32,000 nt of DNA from Halogeometricum borinquense DSM 11551 (GCF_000172995.2 NC_014729.1:180001-212000), one strand, 5' to 3'. Shown: positions 13,787 to 22,859, counted from the first letter of the stretch. Program-made: numbers and translations. Notes: generated by a model from the sequence alone, not told the origin.

Positions 13787-15418
13787 GTGCCTCTGGAGAC
13801 GCCGACGCGAATCGTCCGCGAACTCGCTCGTCACGGGTATAACGCCGAACGGGAGGCCGTGACGCTCATCGCGGGCGCGGCCGACCCCGAGACGACGCTC
13901 GCGCGGGCGATAGAACACGCAGGTGCTGACGCCTTCCGCGTCACTGCCGCCGACGTTCGCGCTGTCCTCGATAGCGGGCCGAACGCCACCGATGCGCCTA
14001 TCTCGGCGTCTTCCACCGCCGCCACGCCCTCCGACACCACCACGACTGACGCGGACGCCCTCTCCGAGTCCGAATCTGCCTCGACTGATCGAAGCTTAGA
14101 CCCCTCTAGTTCGACTGGAGAAACGAAAGCCGAAACGACGACTTCGGGCCAATCGTCTCCACCCGAAACAGGGGGGTCGAACAGTAGTAGCGGACGTCAA
14201 TCCGATCCATCGCTTCGGTCGCTCTCGATCACGAACGACATGACGGGGCAGAGTACCGGAACGGGGGAGTACGGTGACTTCGTGAAGGTGTTCAAAGACC
14301 GATACGAGAAACTCTCACGGCAACTCCGTGGTCGTGTGAACCACCGGCCGGCGGAAGCGATCCAGTCGATGCCCGGCGGAAGCGACGCGGCGATGGTCGG
14401 ACTCGTCAACGATATCCGTTCGACCGCCAGCGGTCACTGGTTGATCGAACTCGAAGACACGACGGGGACGTTCCCCTGTCTCGTGATGAAAGATCGGAAG
14501 TTCGCATCCGCCGTGGACGAACTCCTCATGGACGAGTGCATCGCCGTCGAGGGGACGCTCGCAGACGATTCGGGTATCATGTTCGTGGACTCGATGCACT
14601 GGCCGGACGTGCCGCGAACGCATAAACCGAACACTGCTGACAGACACGTTCAAGCCGCACTCATCTCTGACGTTCACGTCGGCAGTCAAGAGTTCATGGC
14701 GGGCGCGTGGCACCGCTTTGCCGACTGGCTTCACACAGACGCGGCCGAACACGTCGAGTACATTCTCATCGCGGGCGATATGGTCGAAGGCGTCGGTGTC
14801 TACCCGAATCAGGACGAGGAGTTGGATATCGTTGATATCTACGACCAGTACGAACAGTTCTCGGAGTACCTCAAGGAGGTACCGGGGGATATCGAGATTG
14901 TGATGATTCCGGGGAACCACGACGCGGTCCGCCTCGCGGAACCCCAACCCGGATTCGACGAGGAACTCCGCGACATTATGTCCGTCCACGATGCACGTAT
15001 CACCAGCAATCCCTCCACAGTCACCGTCGAGGGTGTGAACGTGCTGATGTATCACGGTGTCTCCTTAGACGAGGTCATCGCCGAACTGCCGTCGGAGTCT
15101 GCGAGCTACGACGAACCCCACAAGGCGATGTATCAACTCCTGAAGAAACGCCACGTCGCGCCGCAGTACGGTGGACACACGCGCCTCGCGCCCGAGGAGC
15201 AAGACTATCTCGTCATGAAGGAGGTTCCCGACATCTTCCACACCGGCCACGTCCACAAACTCGGGTGGGGGAAGTACCACAACGTCCTCGCCGTCAACTC
15301 CGGCTGCTGGCAGGCGCAGACTGACTTCCAGAAATCCGTCAATATCGACCCTGACGCGGGATATGCGCCTATCGTAGACCTCGATACGCTGGATATGACT
15401 GTTCGCAAGTTCTCCTGA
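13787..15418 (+). CDS. polD1: DNA polymerase D (II) small subunit DP1
   Basis: GTG 13787 gives MPLETPTRIVRELARHGYNAEREAVTLIAG, a typical DP1 N-terminus. The C-terminal phosphoesterase motifs ISDVHVGS, IAGDMVEG, PGNHD and GHVH are present. The upstream part of the 13394 ORF overlaps sec11 and is rejected. Confidence 0.88.
   Translation: MPLETPTRIVRELARHGYNAEREAVTLIAGAADPETTLARAIEHAGADAFRVTAADVRAVLDSGPNATDAPISASSTAATPSDTTTTDADALSESESASTDRSLDPSSSTGETKAETTTSGQSSPPETGGSNSSSGRQSDPSLRSLSITNDMTGQSTGTGEYGDFVKVFKDRYEKLSRQLRGRVNHRPAEAIQSMPGGSDAAMVGLVNDIRSTASGHWLIELEDTTGTFPCLVMKDRKFASAVDELLMDECIAVEGTLADDSGIMFVDSMHWPDVPRTHKPNTADRHVQAALISDVHVGSQEFMAGAWHRFADWLHTDAAEHVEYILIAGDMVEGVGVYPNQDEELDIVDIYDQYEQFSEYLKEVPGDIEIVMIPGNHDAVRLAEPQPGFDEELRDIMSVHDARITSNPSTVTVEGVNVLMYHGVSLDEVIAELPSESASYDEPHKAMYQLLKKRHVAPQYGGHTRLAPEEQDYLVMKEVPDIFHTGHVHKLGWGKYHNVLAVNSGCWQAQTDFQKSVNIDPDAGYAPIVDLDTLDMTVRKFS
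14101..14181 (+). promoter_or_regulatory. two ORB-like motifs inside the polD1 low-complexity linker
   Basis: CCCCTCTAGTTCGACTGGAGAAACGAAAG (14101-14129) is weak and parallels 5651-5685. TCTCCACCCGAAACAGGGGGGTCGAAC (14155-14181) is strong. Both encode part of the S/T/G-rich linker SLDPSSSTGETKAETTTSGQSSPPETGGSNSS. Confidence 0.45.
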
Positions 15419-15467
15419 GTCAGACCGCATCCGTCTGAACGAGCGCCGTTCGACTCGACCTATCCAC

Positions 15468-15914
15468 TCATGGGTCGATCTGGAACCGCACCGTCTCCTC
15501 GTTCATGAACGCCGGACCGGGTCCGACGCGTTCGAATCCGGCGCGTTCGGCAGCCTCGTGGAGATCTGTGTCCGACGAAAGAGCGAGAAACTCCACGTCG
15601 AGTTGTTCGTTCGACGCGAAACGGACGGGTTCGCTCAAGAGGTGCTCGACCGCTTCGACGGACCCGCCGACCTGGGTCACGTGGACCGTCGCGTCGCGCA
15701 CGTCGAAGGCGACGAATCCGAGGAGTTCCGCCTCCGCCGCATCGGCGTCGGCGTTCGGATCAGTCGCGTCGCGGTGCCGTTCGGCGACACGGACTGTTCG
15801 GTCGTGGACGACGTTTCGCATCACGTCAGTCGGAACGTCGGCGATGGCGGCCAACGATTCGGCGTCTGTTTCTAAAGCGTCGCGTACCTCCGCGTCCATA
15901 CTGTGCGTTATCAC
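15468..15914 (-). CDS. GNAT-like N-acetyltransferase (weak family assignment)
   Basis: 148-aa acidic ORF. The C-terminal EAAERAGFERVG resembles the GNAT motif B region. The start could alternatively be ATG 15899. Confidence 0.55.
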   Translation of the reverse strand: MITHSMDAEVRDALETDAESLAAIADVPTDVMRNVVHDRTVRVAERHRDATDPNADADAAEAELLGFVAFDVRDATVHVTQVGGSVEAVEHLLSEPVRFASNEQLDVEFLALSSDTDLHEAAERAGFERVGPGPAFMNEETVRFQIDP

Positions 15915-16002
15915 CCATCACGGATAAATACAACTCTATCTAGTCGGTTTAACCGACAGGTTCGGCTCAGACATTCGACTCACTGGTTCGACAACCGGAC
16001 TG

Positions 16003-16025
16003 TCGACGTCGGCAACGGTTGAAGG
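16003..16025 (+). promoter_or_regulatory. ORB-variant CAACGGTTGAAGGGGGAGACACA
   Basis: Resembles the reverse complement of 10146-10166 (CTCAACTGAAAGGGAGACACA). Lies in the divergent GNAT/aspartate kinase intergenic region. Confidence 0.25.
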
Positions 16026-16118
16026 GGGAGACACAGTTATACGCGGGCCTGCGCTACCCCCGGCTATGCTTACGCACCAGTCTCAGTTTCACCGTGCGAA
16101 TCGACCGGAGGGACACCC

Positions 16119-17297
16119 GTGCGAGTAGTAGCGAAGTTCGGGGGTACTTCCCTCGGAAGCGGTGACAGAATCAACCGCGCGGCGGACTCTATCGCCGCTG
16201 CAGTCGAAAAGGGACACGAAATCGCCGTCGTCGCCTCCGCGATGGGGAACACGACGGACGACCTGCTTGACGAGATTCGGTTCGACGCAGACGACCGCGA
16301 CCGCGCCGAAATCGTCTCGATGGGTGAACGAACCAGTGTTCGGATGCTGAAGGCGGCCCTCGCCGCCCGCGGCGTGAACGCGCTGTTCGTCGAACCCGGC
16401 GCAGACCAGTGGCCGGTCATTGCAAACGACCTCGGCGAAGTCGATGTCGAGGAGACGAAGCACCGGGCCGCCGATCTCGCGGCAGACCTCGACAACGTCG
16501 TCCCGGTAATTACGGGCTTTCTCGCCGAGAACCATGACGGCGAGATAACCACGCTCGGTCGCGGCGGGTCCGACACGACGGCCGTCATGCTCGGTCGGTA
16601 CATGGACGCCGACGAGGTAGTCATCGTCACCGACGTTGAAGGCGTCATGACCGGCGACCCCCATGTCGTCGAAGGCGCACGGAACGTCGGGCGCATCACC
16701 GTAGACGAACTCCGGAACCTTTCGTTCCGCGGGGCCGAAGTCGTCGCACCCTCCGCACTTTCATACAAAGACGACAACCTCGCCGTCCGTGTCGTCCACT
16801 ACCAACACGGCAACCTGCTGACCGGCGGAACTCTCATCGAAGGCGAGTTCCAGAACCTCATCGACATGCAGGAGGACCCTCTAGCCTGTGTCACCGTCGC
16901 CGGCCGTTCCATCCGGAACCGACCGGGTATCCTCGCAGATCTCTCGCAGGCACTCCGGGAGAAGGGTGTCAACGTCGATGCCGTCGCCTCCGGCATGGAC
17001 TCCATCACGTTCTACGTCGGCGAAGACCGAGCCGAGGAAGCCGAGAACCTCTTGCACTCTAAGGTCGTAGACGACCAGTCGCTCTCCTCGGTGACAGTCG
17101 ATGACGACGTCGCCGTCATCCGTGTCACGGGTGGCGAACTTCCGAACCGTCCGGGTGTTATTCTCGATATCGTCCAACCGATCTCGGAGGCCGGAATCAA
17201 CATCCACGACGTTATCACCTCCGCGACGTCCGTCGCAATCTTTGTCGCGTGGGACGACCGCGAGGAGACGCTAAAAATCGTCCAGAACGAGTTCTAA
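16119..17297 (+). CDS. lysC: aspartate kinase (monofunctional, with C-terminal ACT domains)
   Basis: GTG start giving MRVVAKFGGTSLG, followed by ITTLGRGGSDTTAVMLG and tandem ACT-like regions. Confidence 0.9.
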   Translation: MRVVAKFGGTSLGSGDRINRAADSIAAAVEKGHEIAVVASAMGNTTDDLLDEIRFDADDRDRAEIVSMGERTSVRMLKAALAARGVNALFVEPGADQWPVIANDLGEVDVEETKHRAADLAADLDNVVPVITGFLAENHDGEITTLGRGGSDTTAVMLGRYMDADEVVIVTDVEGVMTGDPHVVEGARNVGRITVDELRNLSFRGAEVVAPSALSYKDDNLAVRVVHYQHGNLLTGGTLIEGEFQNLIDMQEDPLACVTVAGRSIRNRPGILADLSQALREKGVNVDAVASGMDSITFYVGEDRAEEAENLLHSKVVDDQSLSSVTVDDDVAVIRVTGGELPNRPGVILDIVQPISEAGINIHDVITSATSVAIFVAWDDREETLKIVQNEF

Positions 17298-17329
17298 GCC
17301 CAGTTTCTCCTCGTCTTCGGCTGTCTGGC

Positions 17330-17833
17330 TCACGACTCTTCGATTTCGACGGCGAGTTCCATCCGTCGTTGATTCCGCCGTTCGAGTGCACGGTCACGGA
17401 GCTTTGTCTGCGATTCTGACGGACAGCGAAGGCTGGGAACCGGTGCCGGCGTCTCGTTCTCGTCCAGTGCGACGAAACTGAAGAACGAACTCGCTGTCTC
17501 ACGCTTTTCACCCTCGCTCGGTCGTTCGGCGCAAACGTCCACGTGGACATCCATGCTCGTTCGACCGGTGTCGAACACGTAGCCCGTGACGGTCACGACG
17601 TCACCGAGTTCGATGGGGGCCTTGAAGTCAACGTGATCCATCGACGCCGTGACCACTTGCCGCTTCGAGAACCGACGGGCGGAGATAGCCCCGCAGATGT
17701 CCATCCAGTGGAGAACAGTCCCTCCGAGGGCGCGTCCGAGGTTGTTCGTATCGTTCGGCATCAGTATCTCGCTCATTTCGGTGAACGACTGCTGGAGTGA
17801 CACCGTTTCGCCGTCGGTCCGTTGGGTCGCCAT
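17330..17833 (-). CDS. acyl-CoA thioesterase (hotdog fold)
   Basis: MPNDTNNLGRALGGTVLHWMDICGAISARRF...VVTASMDHVDFKAPI is typical of YciA/ACOT-type thioesterases. ATG 17833 is preferred over 17860. Confidence 0.8.
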   Translation of the reverse strand: MATQRTDGETVSLQQSFTEMSEILMPNDTNNLGRALGGTVLHWMDICGAISARRFSKRQVVTASMDHVDFKAPIELGDVVTVTGYVFDTGRTSMDVHVDVCAERPSEGEKRETASSFFSFVALDENETPAPVPSLRCPSESQTKLRDRALERRNQRRMELAVEIEES

Positions 17834-17938
17834 ACGGGCGACTCCGGACGACTCACACAAAATACTACCTGGATTGCTTTATTGAAAGCGAGATTTCATA
17901 ACTTCGTGTATTCGACAGTGGTCATCGGCTTCGGACGC

Positions 17939-17960
17939 TGACGAACGGAATCGTTCGTTA
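17939..17960. promoter_or_regulatory. palindrome TGACGAACG-GAAT-CGTTCGTTA upstream of tnaA
   Basis: Perfect 7-bp arms ACGAACG/CGTTCGT (17941-17947 and 17952-17958) with a 4-nt spacer. The site is ~75-95 nt upstream of ATG 18034, in a divergent promoter region. Confidence 0.35.
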
Positions 17961-18033
17961 TCGCTATGAACTGGCCGTCTGCTCCCGATTTTCCTCGGGA
18001 AGATCCTTCACATTTGGCGGCGTGTTTTGTCGT

Positions 18034-19395
18034 ATGCGCTCATACAAAGCCAAGATGGTCGAACCGATCACGCTCCCCTCACGCGAGGAACGTGAGGCGG
18101 CACTCGACGCGGCAGGATACAACGCGTTCAACCTCGATGCTGAGGACGTATTCATCGACCTTCTCACTGACTCCGGGACCGGAACGATGAGCGCCGATCA
18201 GTGGGCTGCGCTTATGCGCGGTGACGAAGCCTACGCCGGGAGTCGGAGTTTCTCGGAACTCCGCGACGCCGTCCGCGACGTGATGGGCTTCGAGTACGTC
18301 GTCCCCACGCACCAAGGCCGCGGCGCTGAGAACGTCGTCTACGGTGTCCTCGTTGAAGAGGGCGACGTCGTGCCGAACAACGCACACTTCGATACGACTC
18401 GCGCCCACGTCGCCAACCAAGGTGCGGACCCCGTAGACTGCCCGCACGAACTCGCTCACGACGCCGATGCCGACCATCCGTTCAAAGGCAACTTCGACAT
18501 CGACGCCGGGTGGGAACTCGTCGAAGAAGTCGGCGAAGACTCGATTCCGGTCGTCGTTCAGACCATCACCAACAACTCCGTCGCCGGACAACCCGTCAGT
18601 GTCGAGAACACCCGCGAGGTGGCAGCGTTCGCTGACGAAATCGACGCGACGTTCGTCATCGACGCCTGCCGCTTCGCTGAAAACGCGTACTTCGTCCAGC
18701 AACGCGAAGCGGAGTTCTCCGACGCCTCTGTCGCCGAAATCGCCCGCGAGCAACTCTCCTACGCCGACGCGGTGACGATGTCCGGCAAGAAGGACGCAAT
18801 CGTCAATATCGGTGGCTTCGCCGCGATGAACGACCCCGAACTGTTCGAGTTGGCAAAACAGCGCGGCATCCTCTACGAAGGCTTCCCGACCTACGGTGGT
18901 CTCGCCGGACGCGACGTGGCGGCGATGGCTGTCGGTCTCCGTGAAGCGGTCGAACCACCGTACGTCGGCGAACGCGTCGAACAGGTGGCCGAACTCGGTC
19001 GTCTCCTGACCGATGCCGGAATCCCTGTCTACGAACCGACCGGCGGCCACGCCGTCTACATCGACGCCGAAGCCGTTCTTCCTCACGTCCCGAAAGACCA
19101 GTTCCCCGGACAGGAACTCGTCTGTGCGCTCTATCTCGAAGGCGGCGTTCGCGGCGTCGAACTCGGTGGATTTGCCTTCCCCGGCACCGACCGACCCGAC
19201 TTGGTCCGACTTGCGCTCCCGCGCCGGACGTACTCGCGGGAACACCTCGAACACGTCGCCGAGACGGCCGCCGCGGTGAAAGAGTCCGCAGCGTCCTACG
19301 GTGGCCTCGAAATCGTCGAGGAACCGCCAATGCGCGAACTCCGGCACTTCTCTGCGCGTCTGGAACCCACCGAAGCACCCTCGTCGGCGGACTGA
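18034..19395 (+). CDS. tnaA: tryptophanase (beta-eliminating lyase family)
   Basis: EDVFIDLLTDSGTGTMS...MRGDEAYAGSRS...VPTHQGRGAE and the PLP-lysine region MSGKKDAIVNIGG match E. coli TnaA from memory. Confidence 0.88.
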   Translation: MRSYKAKMVEPITLPSREEREAALDAAGYNAFNLDAEDVFIDLLTDSGTGTMSADQWAALMRGDEAYAGSRSFSELRDAVRDVMGFEYVVPTHQGRGAENVVYGVLVEEGDVVPNNAHFDTTRAHVANQGADPVDCPHELAHDADADHPFKGNFDIDAGWELVEEVGEDSIPVVVQTITNNSVAGQPVSVENTREVAAFADEIDATFVIDACRFAENAYFVQQREAEFSDASVAEIAREQLSYADAVTMSGKKDAIVNIGGFAAMNDPELFELAKQRGILYEGFPTYGGLAGRDVAAMAVGLREAVEPPYVGERVEQVAELGRLLTDAGIPVYEPTGGHAVYIDAEAVLPHVPKDQFPGQELVCALYLEGGVRGVELGGFAFPGTDRPDLVRLALPRRTYSREHLEHVAETAAAVKESAASYGGLEIVEEPPMRELRHFSARLEPTEAPSSAD

Positions 19396-19415
19396 GTTTC
19401 CGGAGCGTCTGCGGG

Positions 19416-20495
19416 TTAACTCGCGTTCGGTGCGATGCCGCCCTCGTTTCTCGTGAGGAGGTACAGTGCGAACGAGGAGAGCCAGTGTGACCCGGCGTAG
19501 TTGTCGGTAAACGCTTGTGATAACCCACGCTCGGCGTGTTTCTTCGCACTTCGCTCGAACGCCTCGGCATATCGGTGCCCATCCAGAGTGGTTGCCAGTC
19601 CGGCCAGACTCCACGCTTTCGAGAGATTCAGTCCGACGAGGTGAATGGCGACTTCCTCATCGGGATCCGTTTCGGCGTGTACGGGTTCCAGAAGCGTATC
19701 GTACGGCTTCGTGGTTATGTCGGGAAGGAACCCATCGATCCACGTTCGAAACTCGTCTTCGTCGTATACGCGTCGCATCAGGTCTGCTTCCGTCAGTGTC
19801 GGAGACAGGAAGTCCCACCCGAGTGGCTCGTACTCGACGGGGTAGTTTCGGTCCTGTGCGAAGAACTCGATCGCGGTTTCGACGACGGCTGACTCCAGCG
19901 ACTCGTTGGAAGTCGTCCTCGCATAGTCGAGGATGCAGTGCAGAGCGAACGCGGAGTTTTCGTGTGTTCCGACTCTGAGCGGCTGTTCTTGAGAGAGAAA
20001 CTCGGATTCGATGAGGGCGATAATCTCTCGTTCTAACGGTTCGATAATCGATTTCCACTCGTCCGCGTGGTCGTCGTCCCACAGCGTCAACTCGGATGCG
20101 AGGTGTAAGAGCCACGCCCATCCGTACGGTCGCTCGAACGTTCGGTTCGCCTCGAAGTATTCGATTTCTCTCTCGATATTTTCAGGCGTAAACCGCGCGT
20201 CGATACGCTGTTTAATCTCGGATTCTGCGGGGTGGCTCTCGAAGACGCGGAGTTGACGGAGTAGCGCCCAATGACTGTGGACTGCAGAGTGCCAGTCGTA
20301 ACAGCCGTAGAACACTGGATGGTTGTTCTTTGGCCGCTCGACGCCGTCCGGAGAGTCAACCGACCGGACGTAGTGCGGGTATTCGGTTTCGATTGCGTCC
20401 AATGGGTGTTGTGAGAACGTTTCTGCCAGCTCCGGGTCGAGCCACTCGCTTCTGCCCGAAAGAAGCGTATCGGTATCCACAGTCTCAAAATCCAT
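19416..20495 (-). CDS. DUF2891 family protein
   Basis: 359 aa. The PVFYGCYDWHSAVHSHWALL signature is recalled as diagnostic of DUF2891. Confidence 0.7.
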   Translation of the reverse strand: MDFETVDTDTLLSGRSEWLDPELAETFSQHPLDAIETEYPHYVRSVDSPDGVERPKNNHPVFYGCYDWHSAVHSHWALLRQLRVFESHPAESEIKQRIDARFTPENIEREIEYFEANRTFERPYGWAWLLHLASELTLWDDDHADEWKSIIEPLEREIIALIESEFLSQEQPLRVGTHENSAFALHCILDYARTTSNESLESAVVETAIEFFAQDRNYPVEYEPLGWDFLSPTLTEADLMRRVYDEDEFRTWIDGFLPDITTKPYDTLLEPVHAETDPDEEVAIHLVGLNLSKAWSLAGLATTLDGHRYAEAFERSAKKHAERGLSQAFTDNYAGSHWLSSFALYLLTRNEGGIAPNAS

Positions 20496-20576
20496 TGTCG
20501 GATTATTTTCCTATCGCTGTATTATATCCGCTGAAAAAACGTGACTATGAGGGCGTCGGGGCTGTGAGTGGATTGC

Positions 20577-21236
20577 TTACTTTCCGTCGTACAGCCGACG
20601 ACCGATTCGCTCTGGTAATCCGGCTTCCGTCACCGCATCGACGACCGCTTCGATGTCGTAGTCAACGCGCCGTTCGTCCACTGTGAGGTCGTCTAGATCG
20701 AGTATTGCGTAGGCGGCGCGTGGGTCGCCGTCGCGGGGTTGGCCGACGCTTCCGGGGTTCATGACGATGCCCTCATCGAACACGCGGTGGCCTTGTACGT
20801 GTGTGTGACCCAACACGAGAACGTCCTCGCCGTCGAGGAAATCAGCCTCGAACTCGTCAGGGTAGGTGTATTTGTCCTGTATTCGCGGATGATCGTGAGT
20901 GAGTCGAACGCGGCCGTCGAACTCGGTGCGTTCGTCTGGCAGGTCGGACAGCCACGTCATCGCGTCGTCGTCCAGTTTCTCGCGGGCGTGCTTGACACCC
21001 GCCGCGGCCATGGCGTTGAACCGGAACGTCGTGTCTGAAGCGACTGCCCTGTCGTGATTGCCCATCACCGTCGGCACGTCGCGGGCACGGAGTTCGGCGA
21101 CGCATTCGGCGGGCCACGGGTTGTACCCCACCACGTCGCCCGCACAGAGTATCGAATCAACGTCCGGCATGTCGTCGAGAACAGCGTCGAGTGCGACTCG
21201 GTTCGCGTGAACATCCGAGATGACGGCGACTCGCAT
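20577..21236 (-). CDS. metallophosphoesterase (YfcE/MJ0936-like)
   Basis: Motifs ISDVHAN, GDVVGYNP, GNHD and GHTH are present in order. Confidence 0.85.
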   Translation of the reverse strand: MRVAVISDVHANRVALDAVLDDMPDVDSILCAGDVVGYNPWPAECVAELRARDVPTVMGNHDRAVASDTTFRFNAMAAAGVKHAREKLDDDAMTWLSDLPDERTEFDGRVRLTHDHPRIQDKYTYPDEFEADFLDGEDVLVLGHTHVQGHRVFDEGIVMNPGSVGQPRDGDPRAAYAILDLDDLTVDERRVDYDIEAVVDAVTEAGLPERIGRRLYDGK

Positions 21237-21289
21237 GGGCGTGACTACACATGCGACGCTGAAAAGCGGTACCGTGACGAGGAGTGTGG

Positions 21290-21868
21290 CTATTCGTCGT
21301 TGTAGAATCCCACGTCCACGTCGCCGTCGTCGTAGGTGACGCCTGCCGCGCAGACGGCGTGTTCGTAGTCCATTTCGTAGGCGCGCTCGGCTAGTTCCGC
21401 GGGTGATCCGTCACCGTCGAAGACGACTACTGCGGGGTCGTCCTCCTCGTAGGTGGCGACGAGCATCGGATTCTCCGTGACCGGACGGACGAGCAGAGCG
21501 TCTCGACGGACGATGCCGATATACGACTCTTCGCCCACCACGCCAGCGATTCTCGGCGTGTCGTAGTCGTCTTTCTCGTAGTCCATCGCCAGCAGCGACT
21601 CCGCGAGGGCGTCGCGGGCGGGGTAGCCGAGGTCTAACTTTTCGGCGATGGGGTCTACGTGCGACCCGTTGCCGACGACGACGCTGTCGCCGCCCTCGCG
21701 GACGCAGTTGTACGAGATGTATGGGTTGTCCGTCTCGGGGGCATCCGGCGTCGGAGCGACGGTCAGCGTTCCGTCGCGTTCGACGACCTGTCGGTTGGGG
21801 AACGACCGAGAGGAAACACGATACGCGCCGAAGTCGGGTCCGATGACGATGAAGCGACCGACGTACAT
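21290..21868 (-). CDS. purO: IMP cyclohydrolase, archaeal type
   Basis: [11 protein letters not shown]-terminus and ~190 aa length are typical of PurO. Confidence 0.8.
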   Translation of the reverse strand: MYVGRFIVIGPDFGAYRVSSRSFPNRQVVERDGTLTVAPTPDAPETDNPYISYNCVREGGDSVVVGNGSHVDPIAEKLDLGYPARDALAESLLAMDYEKDDYDTPRIAGVVGEESYIGIVRRDALLVRPVTENPMLVATYEEDDPAVVVFDGDGSPAELAERAYEMDYEHAVCAAGVTYDDGDVDVGFYNDE

Positions 21869-22001
21869 ACACGACAGTGCATAGACCGACGATAAATAGG
21901 TGGTGGATTGTACACGTTCTTATGTCGTGCTGTGGACTAACACGGCGAACCGAACGCGCAACGCTTACAAAGGATCCCGCGCTACGAACTGATGCGATCG
22001 A

Positions 22002-22074
22002 AGTCCCATGGGGTAGTGGCCAATCCTGTTGCCTTCTGGGGGCAACGACCCAGGTTCGAATCCTGGTGGGACTA
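22002..22074 (+). tRNA. tRNA-Gln (anticodon CUG)
   Basis: Folds by hand as AGTCCCA/TGGGACT acceptor stem, TTGCC/GGCAA anticodon stem with loop TTCTGGG (CTG at positions 34-36), and CCAGG/CCTGG T-stem with TTCGAAT loop. Discriminator is A. No encoded CCA. Confidence 0.9.
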
Positions 22075-22251
22075 CTTCTCCGATTTCTCGTATCCTAGCT
22101 TCGCCAGTCGCGGTGCTTCCGTTCAGGTCCGCTCGTAATCCGACAGACCCACAGACACTGAATTTCACACCGCACAGACCTCAAACTAATTCGAATCGTT
22201 TTAGTCCCCGTCTACGTTAGTCAGCAATCCCCAGATCGGTTCAGCGTCGTC

Positions 22252-22271
22252 GCCCCGAATTTCATCTCGAC
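22252..22271 (-). promoter_or_regulatory. ORB-like motif (reverse complement GTCGAGATGAAATTCGGGGC)
   Basis: Close to the origin ORB at 10516-10544 (GTCGAGACGTGAAAACAGGGG). Confidence 0.45.
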
Positions 22272-22297
22272 GCTCGAACCCGACGCCGTATCACGTT

Positions 22298-22321
22298 TTC
22301 CAGTTGAAATGAAGGGGTTGG
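22298..22321 (+). promoter_or_regulatory. ORB-like motif TTCCAGTTGAAATGAAGGGGTTGG
   Basis: Its TTCCAGT-TGAAA core resembles 11010-11030 (TTCCAGTCGAAAC). Confidence 0.5.
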
Positions 22322-22343
22322 AACCGTTACTCACGAGTTCGAA

Positions 22344-22368
22344 TCTCCACATGAAACAGGGGGGTTCC
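22344..22368 (+). promoter_or_regulatory. ORB-like motif TCTCCACATGAAACAGGGGGGTTCC
   Basis: Core plus a G6 run. Ends 3 nt before the cgi121 stop codon. Confidence 0.55.
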
Positions 22369-22370
22369 GA

Positions 22371-22859
22371 TTACTTCTCGACGTTCAGCAACGCCACTCG
22401 CTCGCAGACGAGCGATTCGAGATCACCATCGACAGCAGCGAGTTCGGCGTCAGTCACGTCGAAAAAGTCCCGCACGCGTTCATCGTCGTACCGGCCGAGC
22501 GTTTGACGCTCCGTAAACAGGTCGCGCAGTTGCGCCGCCGCTTTTGCTTCGTCGCCGCCGTCAACCAGTGCGACGACGGGCGTTTCACCTTCGGAGACGC
22601 CCATCGCCAACGCGTCGTCAATCTGTCGCCGCCCGGCCGCGTACAGCAGCATCTCAACCGCTCTGTCGCGAGCGACGTTCTCGCCGCGTTCGATGGCGCG
22701 GTCCGCGAGTTCGACAGCGCGACGGAGATGTTTCTCGCTCACGACGTACCGCGCGTCGAACACCTGCACCGTCGCTCCCGTCTCGTCTGCGATTGCGCCT
22801 ACGTCGGTGACGAACGCGTTCACGTCCTCGACGGTGGCGACACCTTCGATGAACTTCAT
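22371..22859 (-). CDS. cgi121: KEOPS complex subunit Cgi121
   Basis: 162 aa. MKFIEG...[50 protein letters not shown] matches archaeal Cgi121 from memory. Its start overlaps the hel308 stop (ATGA at 22856-22859). Confidence 0.75.
   Translation of the reverse strand: MKFIEGVATVEDVNAFVTDVGAIADETGATVQVFDARYVVSEKHLRRAVELADRAIERGENVARDRAVEMLLYAAGRRQIDDALAMGVSEGETPVVALVDGGDEAKAAAQLRDLFTERQTLGRYDDERVRDFFDVTDAELAAVDGDLESLVCERVALLNVEK

Noticed and set aside
15915-16118. Possible riboswitch or leader upstream of aspartate kinase
   Set aside because: I could not fold a convincing conserved structure by eye, and lysine riboswitches are not established in archaea. Only the palindrome was kept, as a low-interest note.
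18079-19614. 511-aa minus-strand ORF
   Set aside because: It is antisense to tryptophanase, which has clear family motifs. The product is an Arg/Gly/Val-rich shadow ORF.
22002-22370. tRNA-Gln as an integration site: TTCGAATC from the T-loop recurs at about 22187 and 22338
   Set aside because: Only 8-10 nt are shared. There is no integrase, no longer direct repeat of the tRNA 3' end and no foreign-looking gene content. The 22338 copy is part of the GTTCGA theme of the ORB-like motifs.
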